Assembly: GCA_002385605.1 (NCBI GenBank)
Contig: DGDU01000033.1
Span: 13,587 to 77,586, forward strand
Length of the DNA stretch: 64,000 nt
Source of the DNA: Christensenella sp. UBA3944
GTDB lineage: Bacteria; Bacillota; Clostridia; Christensenellales; DTU072
Direction of reading: 5' to 3'
Shown here: in pieces, positions 44,536 through 55,500 of the stretch
Position numbering within the stretch: position 1 is the stretch's first letter
Layout: every line of letters starts with the position of its first letter
Position numbers and translations under genes: made by a program
The notes under the pieces: generated by a model
What the model saw: the letters and a program-made list of their open reading frames with translations, nothing else
What the model was told of the DNA's origin: nothing
The model's database searches: none

Positions 44536-44864
44536 CAGATATCCTTAACCTTATTTATTATTTTGTTAAGTCTGCCTTTTATCTCGCCGTCGCTTATATC
44601 GGCGGAGAGGTTTTCGAGGTCTAAGGCAAGTTCGGTTATCTTTGCCACAAGCCCCAGCTTTTTTTCGTATTCCTTAAGCTTTTGCTCGGAGCGTACGATT
44701 ACATCCCTTACGCCCTGGCGGCTTATGCCCAAACGCTCGGCTATCTCGGCAAGGGAGTAATCCTCGTCATAATAAAGCGAAACTATCCGGGATTGATAAT
44801 CTGTAAGCAGCGAGCCGTAATAATCGTTAAGCAGCCCAACGCTTAAGCATTTTCTTGTTTCCAT
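44535..44864 (-). CDS. ylxM: YlxM/UPF0122 putative DNA-binding protein
   Basis: Sigma-70 region-4-like HTH SLAEIAERLGISRQGV. Conserved position upstream of ffh. Start set at ATG 44864. Confidence 0.88.
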   Translation of the reverse strand: METRKCLSVGLLNDYYGSLLTDYQSRIVSLYYDEDYSLAEIAERLGISRQGVRDVIVRSEQKLKEYEKKLGLVAKITELALDLENLSADISDGEIKGRLNKIINKVKDI

Positions 44865-44896
44865 AAGCCCTGTCAAGTATTTTATCTTTACACCAC

Positions 44897-44925
44897 ATTA
44901 TAAAGTATAGACAAAATCTTGTCAA
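44897..44925 (-). promoter_or_regulatory. consensus sigma-A promoter of ylxM-ffh
   Basis: Minus strand TTGACA, 17 nt, TATAAT (exact consensus). Confidence 0.7.
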
Positions 44926-45009
44926 ATAATTTATTCAAATATATAGAGTTTCCCGCCGGTTTTAATTTCGCTGCCGCAAAACGCGGATACGATTAAAATC
45001 CCTCGCTCC

Positions 45010-45906
45010 TTATGAAAAAATAGCGTCGATAAACTCCTCTGCGTTAAAAGGTATAATGTCGTCTATTTTTTCGCCTATTCCCGCGTACACGACGGGAATC
45101 TCGAGTTCGGCGGAGATGGCAAGCACCACGCCGCCCTTTGCCGTGCCGTCCATTTTTGTCAGGATAATGCCGTCGATGTCGATTGCCTCATTGAATATAT
45201 CCACCTGGCTTACGGCGTTTTGACCCGTTGTGGCGTCCAGCACTATATAATTTCTCTGGTCGGCGTCCGGAAGCTCCCTTTGGATAACCCTGTTTATCTT
45301 TTTAAGCTCTTCCATTAGGTTCTTTTTGTTATGGAGCCTTCCCGCCGTATCCACGAGTATTACCTCGGTATTGTGCGCCTTTGCCGAGCTTATGGCGTCA
45401 AACACCACCGCGGCGGGGTCGCTGCCCTCGCCGTGCTTTACAAGCCTTACGCCCGCGCGCTGCGCCCAAATCTCCAACTGCTCCGAAGCCGCCGCCCTGA
45501 AGGTATCCGCCGCCGCCACTATAACCGATTTTCCTTCGCTGACAAACAGCTTGGCTAGCTTTCCAATCGCGGTTGTCTTGCCCACTCCGTTAACCCCCGC
45601 TACCAAAATAACAAGGGGGTAATCGTAGGGGGGTATCTCGTAGTCTATGCTTTCAAGCATTATCCTTTTTAATTCTTTCTTTGCTTGCTCGGGCGAGGTA
45701 ATCTTTTTGCGGTAGATGGCATCCTTAAGCTCCTCGATGATGTTTTCGGTGGCGGTCACTCCGACATCGGCCGATATAAGCGCCGCCTCAAGCTCCTCAT
45801 AAAACTCATCGTCCAAAGCCTTTGCCTTGAATACCTCAAAAATCTTTCTGCCCAGATTGTCGCGGGTCTTGCCCAAAAAGTTCTTTATGCTGGCGAAAAT
45901 GCCCAT
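45010..45906 (-). CDS. ftsY: signal recognition particle receptor FtsY (short form, no A domain)
   Basis: GVNGVGKTT and DTAGR motifs. Confidence 0.96.
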   Translation of the reverse strand: MGIFASIKNFLGKTRDNLGRKIFEVFKAKALDDEFYEELEAALISADVGVTATENIIEELKDAIYRKKITSPEQAKKELKRIMLESIDYEIPPYDYPLVILVAGVNGVGKTTAIGKLAKLFVSEGKSVIVAAADTFRAAASEQLEIWAQRAGVRLVKHGEGSDPAAVVFDAISSAKAHNTEVILVDTAGRLHNKKNLMEELKKINRVIQRELPDADQRNYIVLDATTGQNAVSQVDIFNEAIDIDGIILTKMDGTAKGGVVLAISAELEIPVVYAGIGEKIDDIIPFNAEEFIDAIFS

Positions 45907-45933
45907 ATGCCTATTCTCCGATATTATTAATCA

Positions 45934-48900
45934 TTAACCCGCCTTGTTGTCGATGGTCTTTAAGGCGTCGTCCAGCTTGGCGGATACCAGCTTGGATACG
46001 CCCTTCTCCTGCATCGTTATGCCGTAGAGAACATCGGCAAGCTCCATTATCGGCTTGCGGTGGGTTACGACGATAAACTGCGTAGAGCTGGAAAACTTCC
46101 TTAAGTACTGCGCGAACAGGCTGGCGTTGGCCTCGTCCAAAGCCGCCTCTATCTCGTCCAGAATGCTGAATGGCATTGGCTTAAGCTTTATTATTGCGAA
46201 CAATATTGCTATCGCCGTTAGCGCCCTCTCGCCGCCCGACATAAGGCTAATGCGGGTGAGTTTCTTGCCGGGTGGCTCCGCCATAATCTCTATGCCGGCG
46301 TCCAGAACCGAAAGGTTTTCGCCCTTCTCGAGTTCCAGCCTCGCCGTGCCGCCGCCGAACAGCTCCTTAAACACTTCCTGGAAGTTCTGGTTAACCTGAT
46401 TGAAGCTCTTTGTAAACTTCTCCACCATCTCGGTGGTAAGCTCTTCTATCATTTTAACCAAATCGGCCTCGGCCTTAACAAGGTCGTCGTATTGCTTCTT
46501 AAGTTCGGCGTATCTCGTGGTTTCGGATGCGAATTTCTCCTCGGCTAGCTCGTTTACGGGGCCCATCCTCTCTATCTTTCTTCTTAACGCCGACGCTTCC
46601 TGAGGCGATTTTACGGGGTCGAACTCGCAATCCTTCGCGTACTCCTCGGCGTATTTCTTTGCCGAGTCGAAATCGAGGCCGTAGTCCTCGCTTATCCTTG
46701 TCGAAAGGTTTGCGATGTCTATGTCTATCCTTTCGAGGGCTGCCTCTTCCCTTATGCGCCTTTCGTTTATGTCGGATAGCTGCCTGTTAAGCTCCGTTTT
46801 AAGCCCGTCCAGCTCGGTAATCCTGTCCTTAAGGCGCTTCTTGTGTTCGTCAAGCTCCTCTACCTCTTTACGGAGGGAGGCAATCTGCGCGCTGTTGTCC
46901 TCGGTGAGCGCGGATTTCTCGATTCTCGCTTCGAGATCGGCAAGCTCTTTGTCGTTGGTCGCCTTGCGCGCCCTCAGATCGAGTAAAGCCCTGTTTATGA
47001 GGTCAACTTCCGCCTTAATCGAGGCAAGTTCCTTGTTGATATTGTCTATCTCGTTCTGAAGCCCGCTTACCTCGACATAAGCGTCGGTCACCCTCTTGCT
47101 GAGGGCGTCGAGGTTTTGCTTTGCCGTAAACAGCTTGTCCTTTGCCTCGTTTACAAAGTCCGAAGCCCCCATCTTCTCGGCGGCCATATCGTCCTTATTC
47201 TTTTCGGACTGTTTGATTAAAACGGCAAGTTCGTCGAGGCGGGCGGTATTCGTGGCGATGGAGGTTTCCAGCTTTTCTATCGCGGCTTTGCAGGCGGATA
47301 CTTCGCTGTCGGCGGCCGATACCCTGCTCTCGAGGCTTCCTATATCGATATCCAGCTTATGGATTCTCGCGCCTATTATGCCCGCGGCTTTTTCTAGCTC
47401 GGCGCTCTCGGCGGCGTAGTCCTGAATGCTGTCCCTTAGCATTTCGATTTTCTTTTTAGTGGAGGCAAGCTTTTTCTTAAGCTCTTCAAGCTCGCTCTCC
47501 CTGGACAAAATCCTGTTTGACCTGTTGGCGTTGCTTCCGCCGCTAACCGAGCCGCTCTGGCTTACTATATCGCCGTTGAAATCTACGATTCGGAAGCCGA
47601 ATTTATACTTTTTGGCTATCCTAAATGCCGTTTCGCGGTCTTCGACGACAACAGTCTTGCCCAGAAGGCTGGAGATTACATTGTCGAATCTGGGCTCGTT
47701 TCTTATGATGTCGGAGGCTATGCCGATAACGCCTTCCTCGTCCAGAACCCTGTCGTATTCCCTCGCGAGGGGGTTGGCCCTAACCGTTGTAAGCGGCAGG
47801 AATGTGGCCCTGCCGTAGCCCTTTTGACGCAATAAATCGATGAGGTCGCCGGCGTCGCTCTCGTTGGGGGTAATGATATTCTGTATCGCCGCGCCCAAAG
47901 CGGACTCTATGGCTATCTGCAGATCCTCGGGAACGGTAATTACATCGCCCACCGTGCCCAGTATCTTGCGCTTTATCTCGGGGTTATTGTTTGCCTCCGC
48001 CATAAGTCGGCGGACGGATTCCTGGTAGCCCGTGTAGTCGTTTATGAACTCCTCGACCATCCTTATTTTTGCGTCTAGGGCGGCGTAATACTGCTCTGCC
48101 GCTCCCAAATCCTTTTGCGCGGCTTTCAGGTCGGCGAGGCAGTCGGCGAGGTTTTTGTCGGCAAGCGCCTTCTCACGCTGTTTCTCGTCCTTTTCGTTCA
48201 AAAGGACATTGAGGCTTGCGGAAAGCTCGTCCCTCGTCTTGGCAAGCGTTGTGTATGCCGCTTTTTTATCCTTAAGCTCTTCTTTTGCCTCGCGGATGGA
48301 ATCGATAAGCAAATCCCTTTCGATTTCGAGCTTTGCCTTATTTTTGTCTATCTCGGAGAGCTTATCCATGCTCTCCATCATAAGGCGGTTGGTCTTTTCT
48401 ATCTCCTTCTCCTGTTGGGCGACGGACTCGGCCAGCTCGGACTGGTTTCTGGCCAGAAGCTCGTAGGTCTGGCGTTTTTCTTTAAGAAGAAATGTTTTTT
48501 CGTTATACGCCACAACCTTTTCTTCCCGCTCGCGGTGCCTTTCGGCAAGGCGCGACTCCAGCTGTACGGTTTCGGTCGCTATGTTTTGCGCTTCCCTGCG
48601 GAGGTTAGCAAGCCTTTCGTTAAGAAGCCTGTACTCGCCCGCCGCCTTTTCGTTGCTGACAAGAAGTTCTGTAATCTGGTCGCGAAGCCTTGCCCCGTAA
48701 ATGTCGCTGTTCATCGAGTCGTTCATAGCGGCGTTATAGTCGGCGTTTACGCTTCTTAACTCTTCCTCTTTGGCGGCAAGCTCGGCGGCGATTTTCTCGA
48801 GATGCTTTCTTGCCTTATCCCTTTGCGCCGAGGCGGTTTCGGTCTGGTGCAGGAAATACAAAACCTCAAGCTGCTTAAGCTTATTCTTAAGTTCCCTTAC

Positions 48901-49542
48901 CTTTGCGGCGTCCTTGGCTTCCTGCTCGAGGGGGCCTAAATTGGATGAAATCTCGTGCAAAATGTCGTTAAGGCGGGAGAGGTTGTCGCGGGTTTTTTCC
49001 AGCTTCTTTTCGGTTTCGATTTTGCGCGCCTTGTGGCGGCTTATGCCCGCCGCTTCCTCGAATATCTGGCGGCGCGCCTCGGGCTTGGCCGAAAGGATTT
49101 CCTCAATTTTGCCCTGCCCTATTATGCTGTAGCCCTCGCGCCCGATACCGCTGTCGCGGAAGAGGTCAATGATATCCCTCCAGCGGCAGAGGTTTCGGTT
49201 TATAAAATACTCGCTTTCGCCGCTTCTATACATCTTGCGGGTTACGACAACCTCATCATAATCGACGGGGTAGCGCCTGTCCTCGTTGTCCAAGAAGAGG
49301 GATACCTCGCAGTACGACATCGATTTACGGTTTGCCGTGCCGCCGAAGATAATTTCGGGCATCTTTTTGCAGCGCAAAACCGAGGGGCTTTGCTCGCCCA
49401 ATACCCACCTGACGGCGTCGGCCACATTGGACTTTCCGCAGCCGTTGGGGCCTACTATACCTGTGATGTTGGACTTGAATTCTATCTCGGTTCTGTCCGC
49501 AAAGGATTTAAAGCCATAAAGTTCAATCTTTTTCAGGTTCAT
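45934..49542 (-). CDS. smc: chromosome segregation protein SMC
   Basis: GPNGCGKSN Walker A, long coiled coils, hinge, LSGGE-type signature MSGGERALTAIA, Walker B ILDEIEAALD. Confidence 0.97.
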   Translation of the reverse strand: MNLKKIELYGFKSFADRTEIEFKSNITGIVGPNGCGKSNVADAVRWVLGEQSPSVLRCKKMPEIIFGGTANRKSMSYCEVSLFLDNEDRRYPVDYDEVVVTRKMYRSGESEYFINRNLCRWRDIIDLFRDSGIGREGYSIIGQGKIEEILSAKPEARRQIFEEAAGISRHKARKIETEKKLEKTRDNLSRLNDILHEISSNLGPLEQEAKDAAKVRELKNKLKQLEVLYFLHQTETASAQRDKARKHLEKIAAELAAKEEELRSVNADYNAAMNDSMNSDIYGARLRDQITELLVSNEKAAGEYRLLNERLANLRREAQNIATETVQLESRLAERHREREEKVVAYNEKTFLLKEKRQTYELLARNQSELAESVAQQEKEIEKTNRLMMESMDKLSEIDKNKAKLEIERDLLIDSIREAKEELKDKKAAYTTLAKTRDELSASLNVLLNEKDEKQREKALADKNLADCLADLKAAQKDLGAAEQYYAALDAKIRMVEEFINDYTGYQESVRRLMAEANNNPEIKRKILGTVGDVITVPEDLQIAIESALGAAIQNIITPNESDAGDLIDLLRQKGYGRATFLPLTTVRANPLAREYDRVLDEEGVIGIASDIIRNEPRFDNVISSLLGKTVVVEDRETAFRIAKKYKFGFRIVDFNGDIVSQSGSVSGGSNANRSNRILSRESELEELKKKLASTKKKIEMLRDSIQDYAAESAELEKAAGIIGARIHKLDIDIGSLESRVSAADSEVSACKAAIEKLETSIATNTARLDELAVLIKQSEKNKDDMAAEKMGASDFVNEAKDKLFTAKQNLDALSKRVTDAYVEVSGLQNEIDNINKELASIKAEVDLINRALLDLRARKATNDKELADLEARIEKSALTEDNSAQIASLRKEVEELDEHKKRLKDRITELDGLKTELNRQLSDINERRIREEAALERIDIDIANLSTRISEDYGLDFDSAKKYAEEYAKDCEFDPVKSPQEASALRRKIERMGPVNELAEEKFASETTRYAELKKQYDDLVKAEADLVKMIEELTTEMVEKFTKSFNQVNQNFQEVFKELFGGGTARLELEKGENLSVLDAGIEIMAEPPGKKLTRISLMSGGERALTAIAILFAIIKLKPMPFSILDEIEAALDEANASLFAQYLRKFSSSTQFIVVTHRKPIMELADVLYGITMQEKGVSKLVSAKLDDALKTIDNKAG

Positions 49543-49577
49543 TTTACTGCAGCTACTCAGCCGGTCTCCTTTTTAGA

Positions 49578-52500
49578 TTATTCAGCTATTCCGCTGTCCG
49601 CGAAGGCGTCTTTGCCAATATTTGAAGCGCCCCGGGGAAGGTTTACATAATTTAAGCTTGCGCAGCCCGCAAAGGCGCGCTCTCCTATAACAATGTTAAC
49701 GGGGGCTTCGGACAAATCCAGCCCGAGGAAGGAGCGGCAGTCGAGGAAGGCCCCTTCTTCTATTCTTGCGAGTTCGCTGAAGTCGCCGTAAAGCATCGAA
49801 AGCGACGAGGCGTCGGCAAAAGCGTACTTGCCTATCGCCGTAATCCTTCTGGAAAGCGTTACGGTGGCAATGCCCATGCAGCCCGCGAAAGAGTACTCTT
49901 TAATCTCTGTCGCCTTGGTGAGCGTAACATAACGGAGGGTGAAGGGTATGTTATACAGCGTTTCGGTAAGCGTTCCGCCTGCCATTATATGCTGTTTTAC
50001 CACATTGGCGGCGTATTCGCCCGCCGTGCCGAATATGTAGCCGAACTGCGACTGCGCGCCTGTCGCGCTAAGCGACCTTCCCGCGAAAGGTATCGAGAGC
50101 GACACAAGCGAGTTGGTGCCCTCAAGCGATCCGCCCTCTATGATATTCACCGAATACGGTATCGTAAGGGATGTTATCGAACGGCAGTTGTAGAAGGCTT
50201 TAGCTGGTATCTCTGTTATGCCCTCGTTTATAGTTATCGAGGTTACCGCCGTAAGGTTATAGAAAGCGCCGTACCCTATCGCCGAGGCGGAGGTTATTGC
50301 TATCGACCTTAAGGCCTCGGGTATGTAGAAGGTTCTTGAGCCAGACGTGCTGAAGTATTGCGTCGTCGCGCCTATAGTGCCCTCGGTTGCCTCGCCGAAT
50401 ATGTATCCGAACAAGGCGGCAGCGCCGCTTGCCGAACGGTTGGAACCGACAAACGGCAAGGTGACGCTCTCTAAAGCCGAGCAGCCCGCGAAGGCGCCCG
50501 AGGCAATCGATGTCACGCTGTCGGGAATCACAATAGAGGTAAGCCCTTTGCAGTTGGCGAATGCCGAGGCGCCGATGCTCACTATGCCGCTGTTAAGGTA
50601 AAGCTCGGTTATCTCGTCGCAGTTATAGAAGGCGCCGCTTGCTATATTGGTTGCGTTGGTAACCGTCACGCTGTAAAGGTTATTGGGAAGCCTGGTGTAT
50701 ACGGTTGTGCCTTCGCCGTAAACCTGCGCAGTCGTGTTCATGCCCTGCGACACAAAGTTGAAGAAGTAGCCGAGCAAGGCGTTCTGGCCTGCGGCCGAGG
50801 GTGAAGCTCCGATAAACGGCACCGTCAGCCTTTCGAGCCCCGTTACGCCCTCGAATATGCCTATGCCTATGCTTTCGACGCCTGCGGGAATGGCGATCTG
50901 GGTAAGCGCGGTATTCTTAAACGCCGCCGCCCCTATTACCTGCAGCTGCGAGCCCGCCGCGAATATTATTTCGTTAAGCTGCGCGCAGCCCTCGAAGGCG
51001 TTGGCGCCTATCGAAGTCACGCTCGCGGGTATGGTTATGCTCCTTAAAGCCGTCAGGCCCGAGAACGCCCCGCTCTCGATGGCGACTAGCCCCGCGGGAA
51101 GCGTAATCGTAGTGATTCTGGTGTTATAAGAGAAGGAATTTGTCCTTATCCTCGCGGCGTCGGTGATGTTTACAACGGTCAGATTGCTTGGCGCGCCTCC
51201 GAACACATAATTTATGGTCGCGGCCTCGCCCGTAGCCGAGCGGGAAGCGCCCACAAACGGCACCGTAAGCGTCTGTATTCCGCTGTCCTTAAAGGCGCTC
51301 TTGCCCACGCTCGTGACTTCCTTATTTATTGTAAGCGTTGTCAGGTTAGAAAGCCCCGAAAGCGCGCCGTAGCCAATGCCCGAAGCGTTGGTAACAGTAA
51401 TATTTCTGATGTTTTGGGGTATCCTGGCATAGGCTATCTGCCCGGCGCCGTCGCCGTAGTGTTGCCCTACCGCGCCGCTCGCGCCCGCCGCTACCTGCTC
51501 GAACCAGTAGCCCAGCAGAGCTTCCTGCCCGTCGGCAACGCTTCTCGCGCCGATGTAAGGAACGGTAAGGTTTTCGAGGTTGAGGCAGCCCGAGAACGCT
51601 CCCCGGTGTATCGATGTCACATTGTTAAGGGTGAGGTTCACAAGCCCCGTCATGCCAAGCAAAGCGTTTTCGGCGATGGTAACGGCCGAGGTAATCACGA
51701 GGGTTTGCACGCTCGAGATTCCGCTTTCGGACTCTGTGCCGAACACATGCCTCATCGTCGCCCTGGCGTCCACGGAGTTTGTGCGCTCTCCTACAAACGG
51801 CACCGTCAGGGTTTCTAGCGACACGCAGCCCTCGAAGGCAAGCGCGCCTATCGTTGCAACGCCGCTGTTGATGGATATGCTTGTTATGAAGTGGCAGCCC
51901 GAGAACGCCCCGTAATTGATGGCGGTAGCCGAGGTCACGGTGACATTCTTAAGCGTGGTCGGGATTTCAAAAGATATCGGCGAGGTCTGCTGGGCGTATT
52001 TTTGGGAAATTCCGCCGCTCTCCGCCCGCCCGAAGAAGTACCCGAGTACGGCGTTTGCGCCCGTTGCGTCCCTGGCCGAGCCAATAAACGGCACCGAGAA
52101 CCTCTGGCTTAACGGGCAGCCGTTAAAGACCGCGCTACCTATGAATGTAACGCTGTCGGGTATGACGATATCCGCGAGAGATGCGCAGCCCTTGAATGCG
52201 GCTTCGTTGATGGTCGAAAGCTTGGATCCCGAAGCGAACACTACCGACCTTAAAGCCGAATTCTCGAAGGCGTGCCCTTCTATGGCAAGCACGCTTGCGG
52301 GTATGGTTATATTCTCCAATGCGGTATTATACGCGGCGTAAGCGCCTATCTGCGTAATACCCTCGTTGAGGTAAAGGGCGGTAATCCGCGTGTCCCTTAT
52401 GGCGTCGCTCGCCAGGAAGGCAGCCGCGGTAACGGTTAAGGTCTTAAGGGCTATAGGCACATTCGCGTTGTCCGCAGCGTGCCCGAAAAGATATCCCAGC

Positions 52501-55500
52501 TTGTGCTCGTCGGTTGTGGGCACATTCTTGTCCTTGTCCTTGCCTACAAAGGGCAGGGTTAGCGAAACAAGGTTTACGCAGCCCTCAAAAGCAGCCTCGC
52601 CCATTGTAAGGACGGTTTGCGGTATTACGGCTTCCTCCAAAGAGGCGCAATCCTTAAAGGCCTCGTAGCCTATCTCGCGCACGCCGTCGGGAAGGGTAAT
52701 CTGCCTTAAGACATCGCAGCCCGAGAAGGCGCCCTCGCCCACGGATATGAGGCGGGAGCCGCTCTCGAAGTTCACCGAAATAAGGTTATGGCAGTTAGCG
52801 AAGGCGTAAGCGCCTATCGTCCCGACATCGGCCGATATTGTAATCGTTTCGAACGCCGCGCCGTAGAAGGCGTAATCGCCTATGCTTAGTATCCTGGCGT
52901 TGCCGCCGATATCTATAAGCTGCAGAGAGGGACACTCTATAAACGCCCTGTCGCCTATGCTCACCTTGCCGAGCGCCCTGAAGGTTCTCAGGTTAGCCAT
53001 ACCCGAGAAAGCGCCGTCGGAAACCACCGAATCTCCCGTGACCGTCACGGATACGAGGCTTGCTGGAATCTCGCTGTAGAAGTAATTGCCCGCTTCGAAA
53101 TACTGCCTTACGGCGCCCGATGCCGATTGGTCTGTAAAGCCGAACAGGTACCCCAACAGCCCCTCCCTGCCGGAGGCCGATGCGCTCTCGCCCACGAAGG
53201 GCAGCACTACGCTTTCAAGCGCCTTGCAGTTGGCGAACACGCCCTCGGGTATAGAAGCGATATCTCCGCTTATTTCTATCGATTTAAGGTTAAAGCCCGC
53301 GGGGAAGGCCGATGTCGTCAGCTTTGTGACAGATGTCAACTTAATATTATTAAGGTTTGTTAGCGGCTCTCCGGTAAGGTACATAAGAGAGCTCTCGGCG
53401 CCCTCGGCGTCCGCGCCGGCGCCTGCAAACGGCAGCTCAAGCGACACAAGCCCTGTGCAGCCCACTATAAGGTTTTTGCCCAGCGCGCCGCCGTCCCTTA
53501 CCGTAAGGTTCTGCAGCGAGGCTATATTGGAGAACGCGCCGTACCCGCCCGCGCGGTTCACGATAACCGTCTTTAAGGTGGCGGGTATAAAGGCGTAAAC
53601 GCTTTCGGTTTCGCTTATAAACTGCTCGGTTACGCCGGCATCCGTCGCCTCGCCGAAGCCGAATATGCTGCCCAAAACGGCGTTTGCCCCGACAGCGTCG
53701 GCAGAGGTGCCCGCGAAGGGCAAATCTAGGCTTTCGATTATAAGGTTGCCGCGCAGCGAGCCTTCTTCTATGGACACAATGCCCGCTCCCAGCGTAAGCG
53801 ACCTGAGGGCGGTTATGCCCCTGAAAGTCTTATTGGTTATGGCGATTTCGAGGGTGTCGTTGGCAATCGTGATATTCTCTATCGCCGCCGAGCCGCCGAA
53901 CACCTCGTCAAGGGCGGGGTCGGAATCCGAGGGGCTCTTGCCCACAAACGGGACAGTTATATTCTTAAGCGAGGCGTTATTTCCGAACGCGAGATCGCCC
54001 ATCGATTCCAGCGACCTGGGAAGCGCTATGGTTGCAATCGCTGTGTTATAGAATGCCTTATCGCCTATCGACGAAAGCGTTTGATTGAGGCTTACCTGAA
54101 CAAGGCTTACGCAGTCCATAAACGCCGCTTCGCCGATGGTTCGTACGGACGCAGGCAGGACGGCGCCAGTCAGGCTGTTGGCGCCCGCGAAGGCTTCTTT
54201 GGCGATATAGCCAAGTGCGGTATCTGCGAGGTTTACGCTCGCGAGGTTGTAAGCGCCTTTGAAAGCGCCCTCTCCCATCTCAATAAGCGAGGCGGGCAGG
54301 CGGGCAAAGGCTATGCCCGAATTTTCGAAGGCGTAATCGCCTATGTATGTAAGCTCTTCGCAACCCTCAAGGTTTAGGGCTATAAGCCTGTCTGTTTCGG
54401 CGAAGGCCTTTTCCTCTATACGTGTAAGCGTCGAGGGAATATCGAATATCCTTAAGTTTGCGCAATTATAGAATGCCTCGTATTCGATGACAAGCAGGCT
54501 GGGTCCTCCCCTGAAGCTTACCGTATCCAGGTTAGCGCAATCCTTAAATGCCGCGAAGCCTATGCTCAGAAGCCCCGAAGGCAGGGATACCGTTTGCAGA
54601 TAGGTATTGGAAGCGAAGGCGTACGCGTCTATTCTCACAACGCCGTCGGGCACGGTGTAGCTCGCCGCGTTAAGCGACTTGGGATAGGAAATAAGCACCG
54701 AGCCGTCCTTCGAGAACAGCACGCCCGACACCACCTTGTAGCCCGAGCGGTAGCCCGAGAGGTTGAGGCCCGAAACAGGCGTCTCGTAGAAGGGGTTTAC
54801 GCCCATATAAGTTACGCCCGAAGGAATGGCAAATGTTGCGAGGTTGGAATGAGCGAAGGCGTAGCTTCCTACACGGGCAAGGGCGCTGTTTGTCCCGAAG
54901 CTAATCGAAGAGAGCAAGGTATGGGCAAAGGCGTAATCGCCTATCTCCAACGCGGACGCCGGCAGAGCGACCGTCGATACCTTGGTATGGGCAAAGGCGT
55001 AATCGCCCAAAGTTTCTAGGGCGCTGCCCGCGGCAAAGGTTATGCCCGCGAGGTTTTCGCAACCCTCGAAGGCGTAATCGCCTATATACCTAAGAGAAGC
55101 CGGGAAGGTTATAGCCGTTATGGCGGTGTTGCCGCGGAATGCGCTATCCCCTATGTTTACAAGCTGTGCTGCCACGGCGAAGGTAACCGAGGCAAGGCTC
55201 AGGTTGTTCGCGAAAGCGTAATCGCCGATGGCGAGCACGCCCGCGGGCACGCTCACCGATGTTATCGCCGTGCCGAAAAAGGCTTTGGCGTTGATGTAAG
55301 CCAGCCTGCTTCCTATAACCTCGAAGGTTATGGTTTGCAGGGCGCTTCCCTCAAACGCCGATTCGTCTATTGTCACGACGGATGCGGGAATATTAACCGC
55401 CGCGATTTGCGCCATGTAGAAGGCCTTTTTGTTTATGGATGCCAGATTCTCGTTGAGGGTGACATTCAGCGCAGGTATGCCGCTAAGAGCCCCCTCCCCG

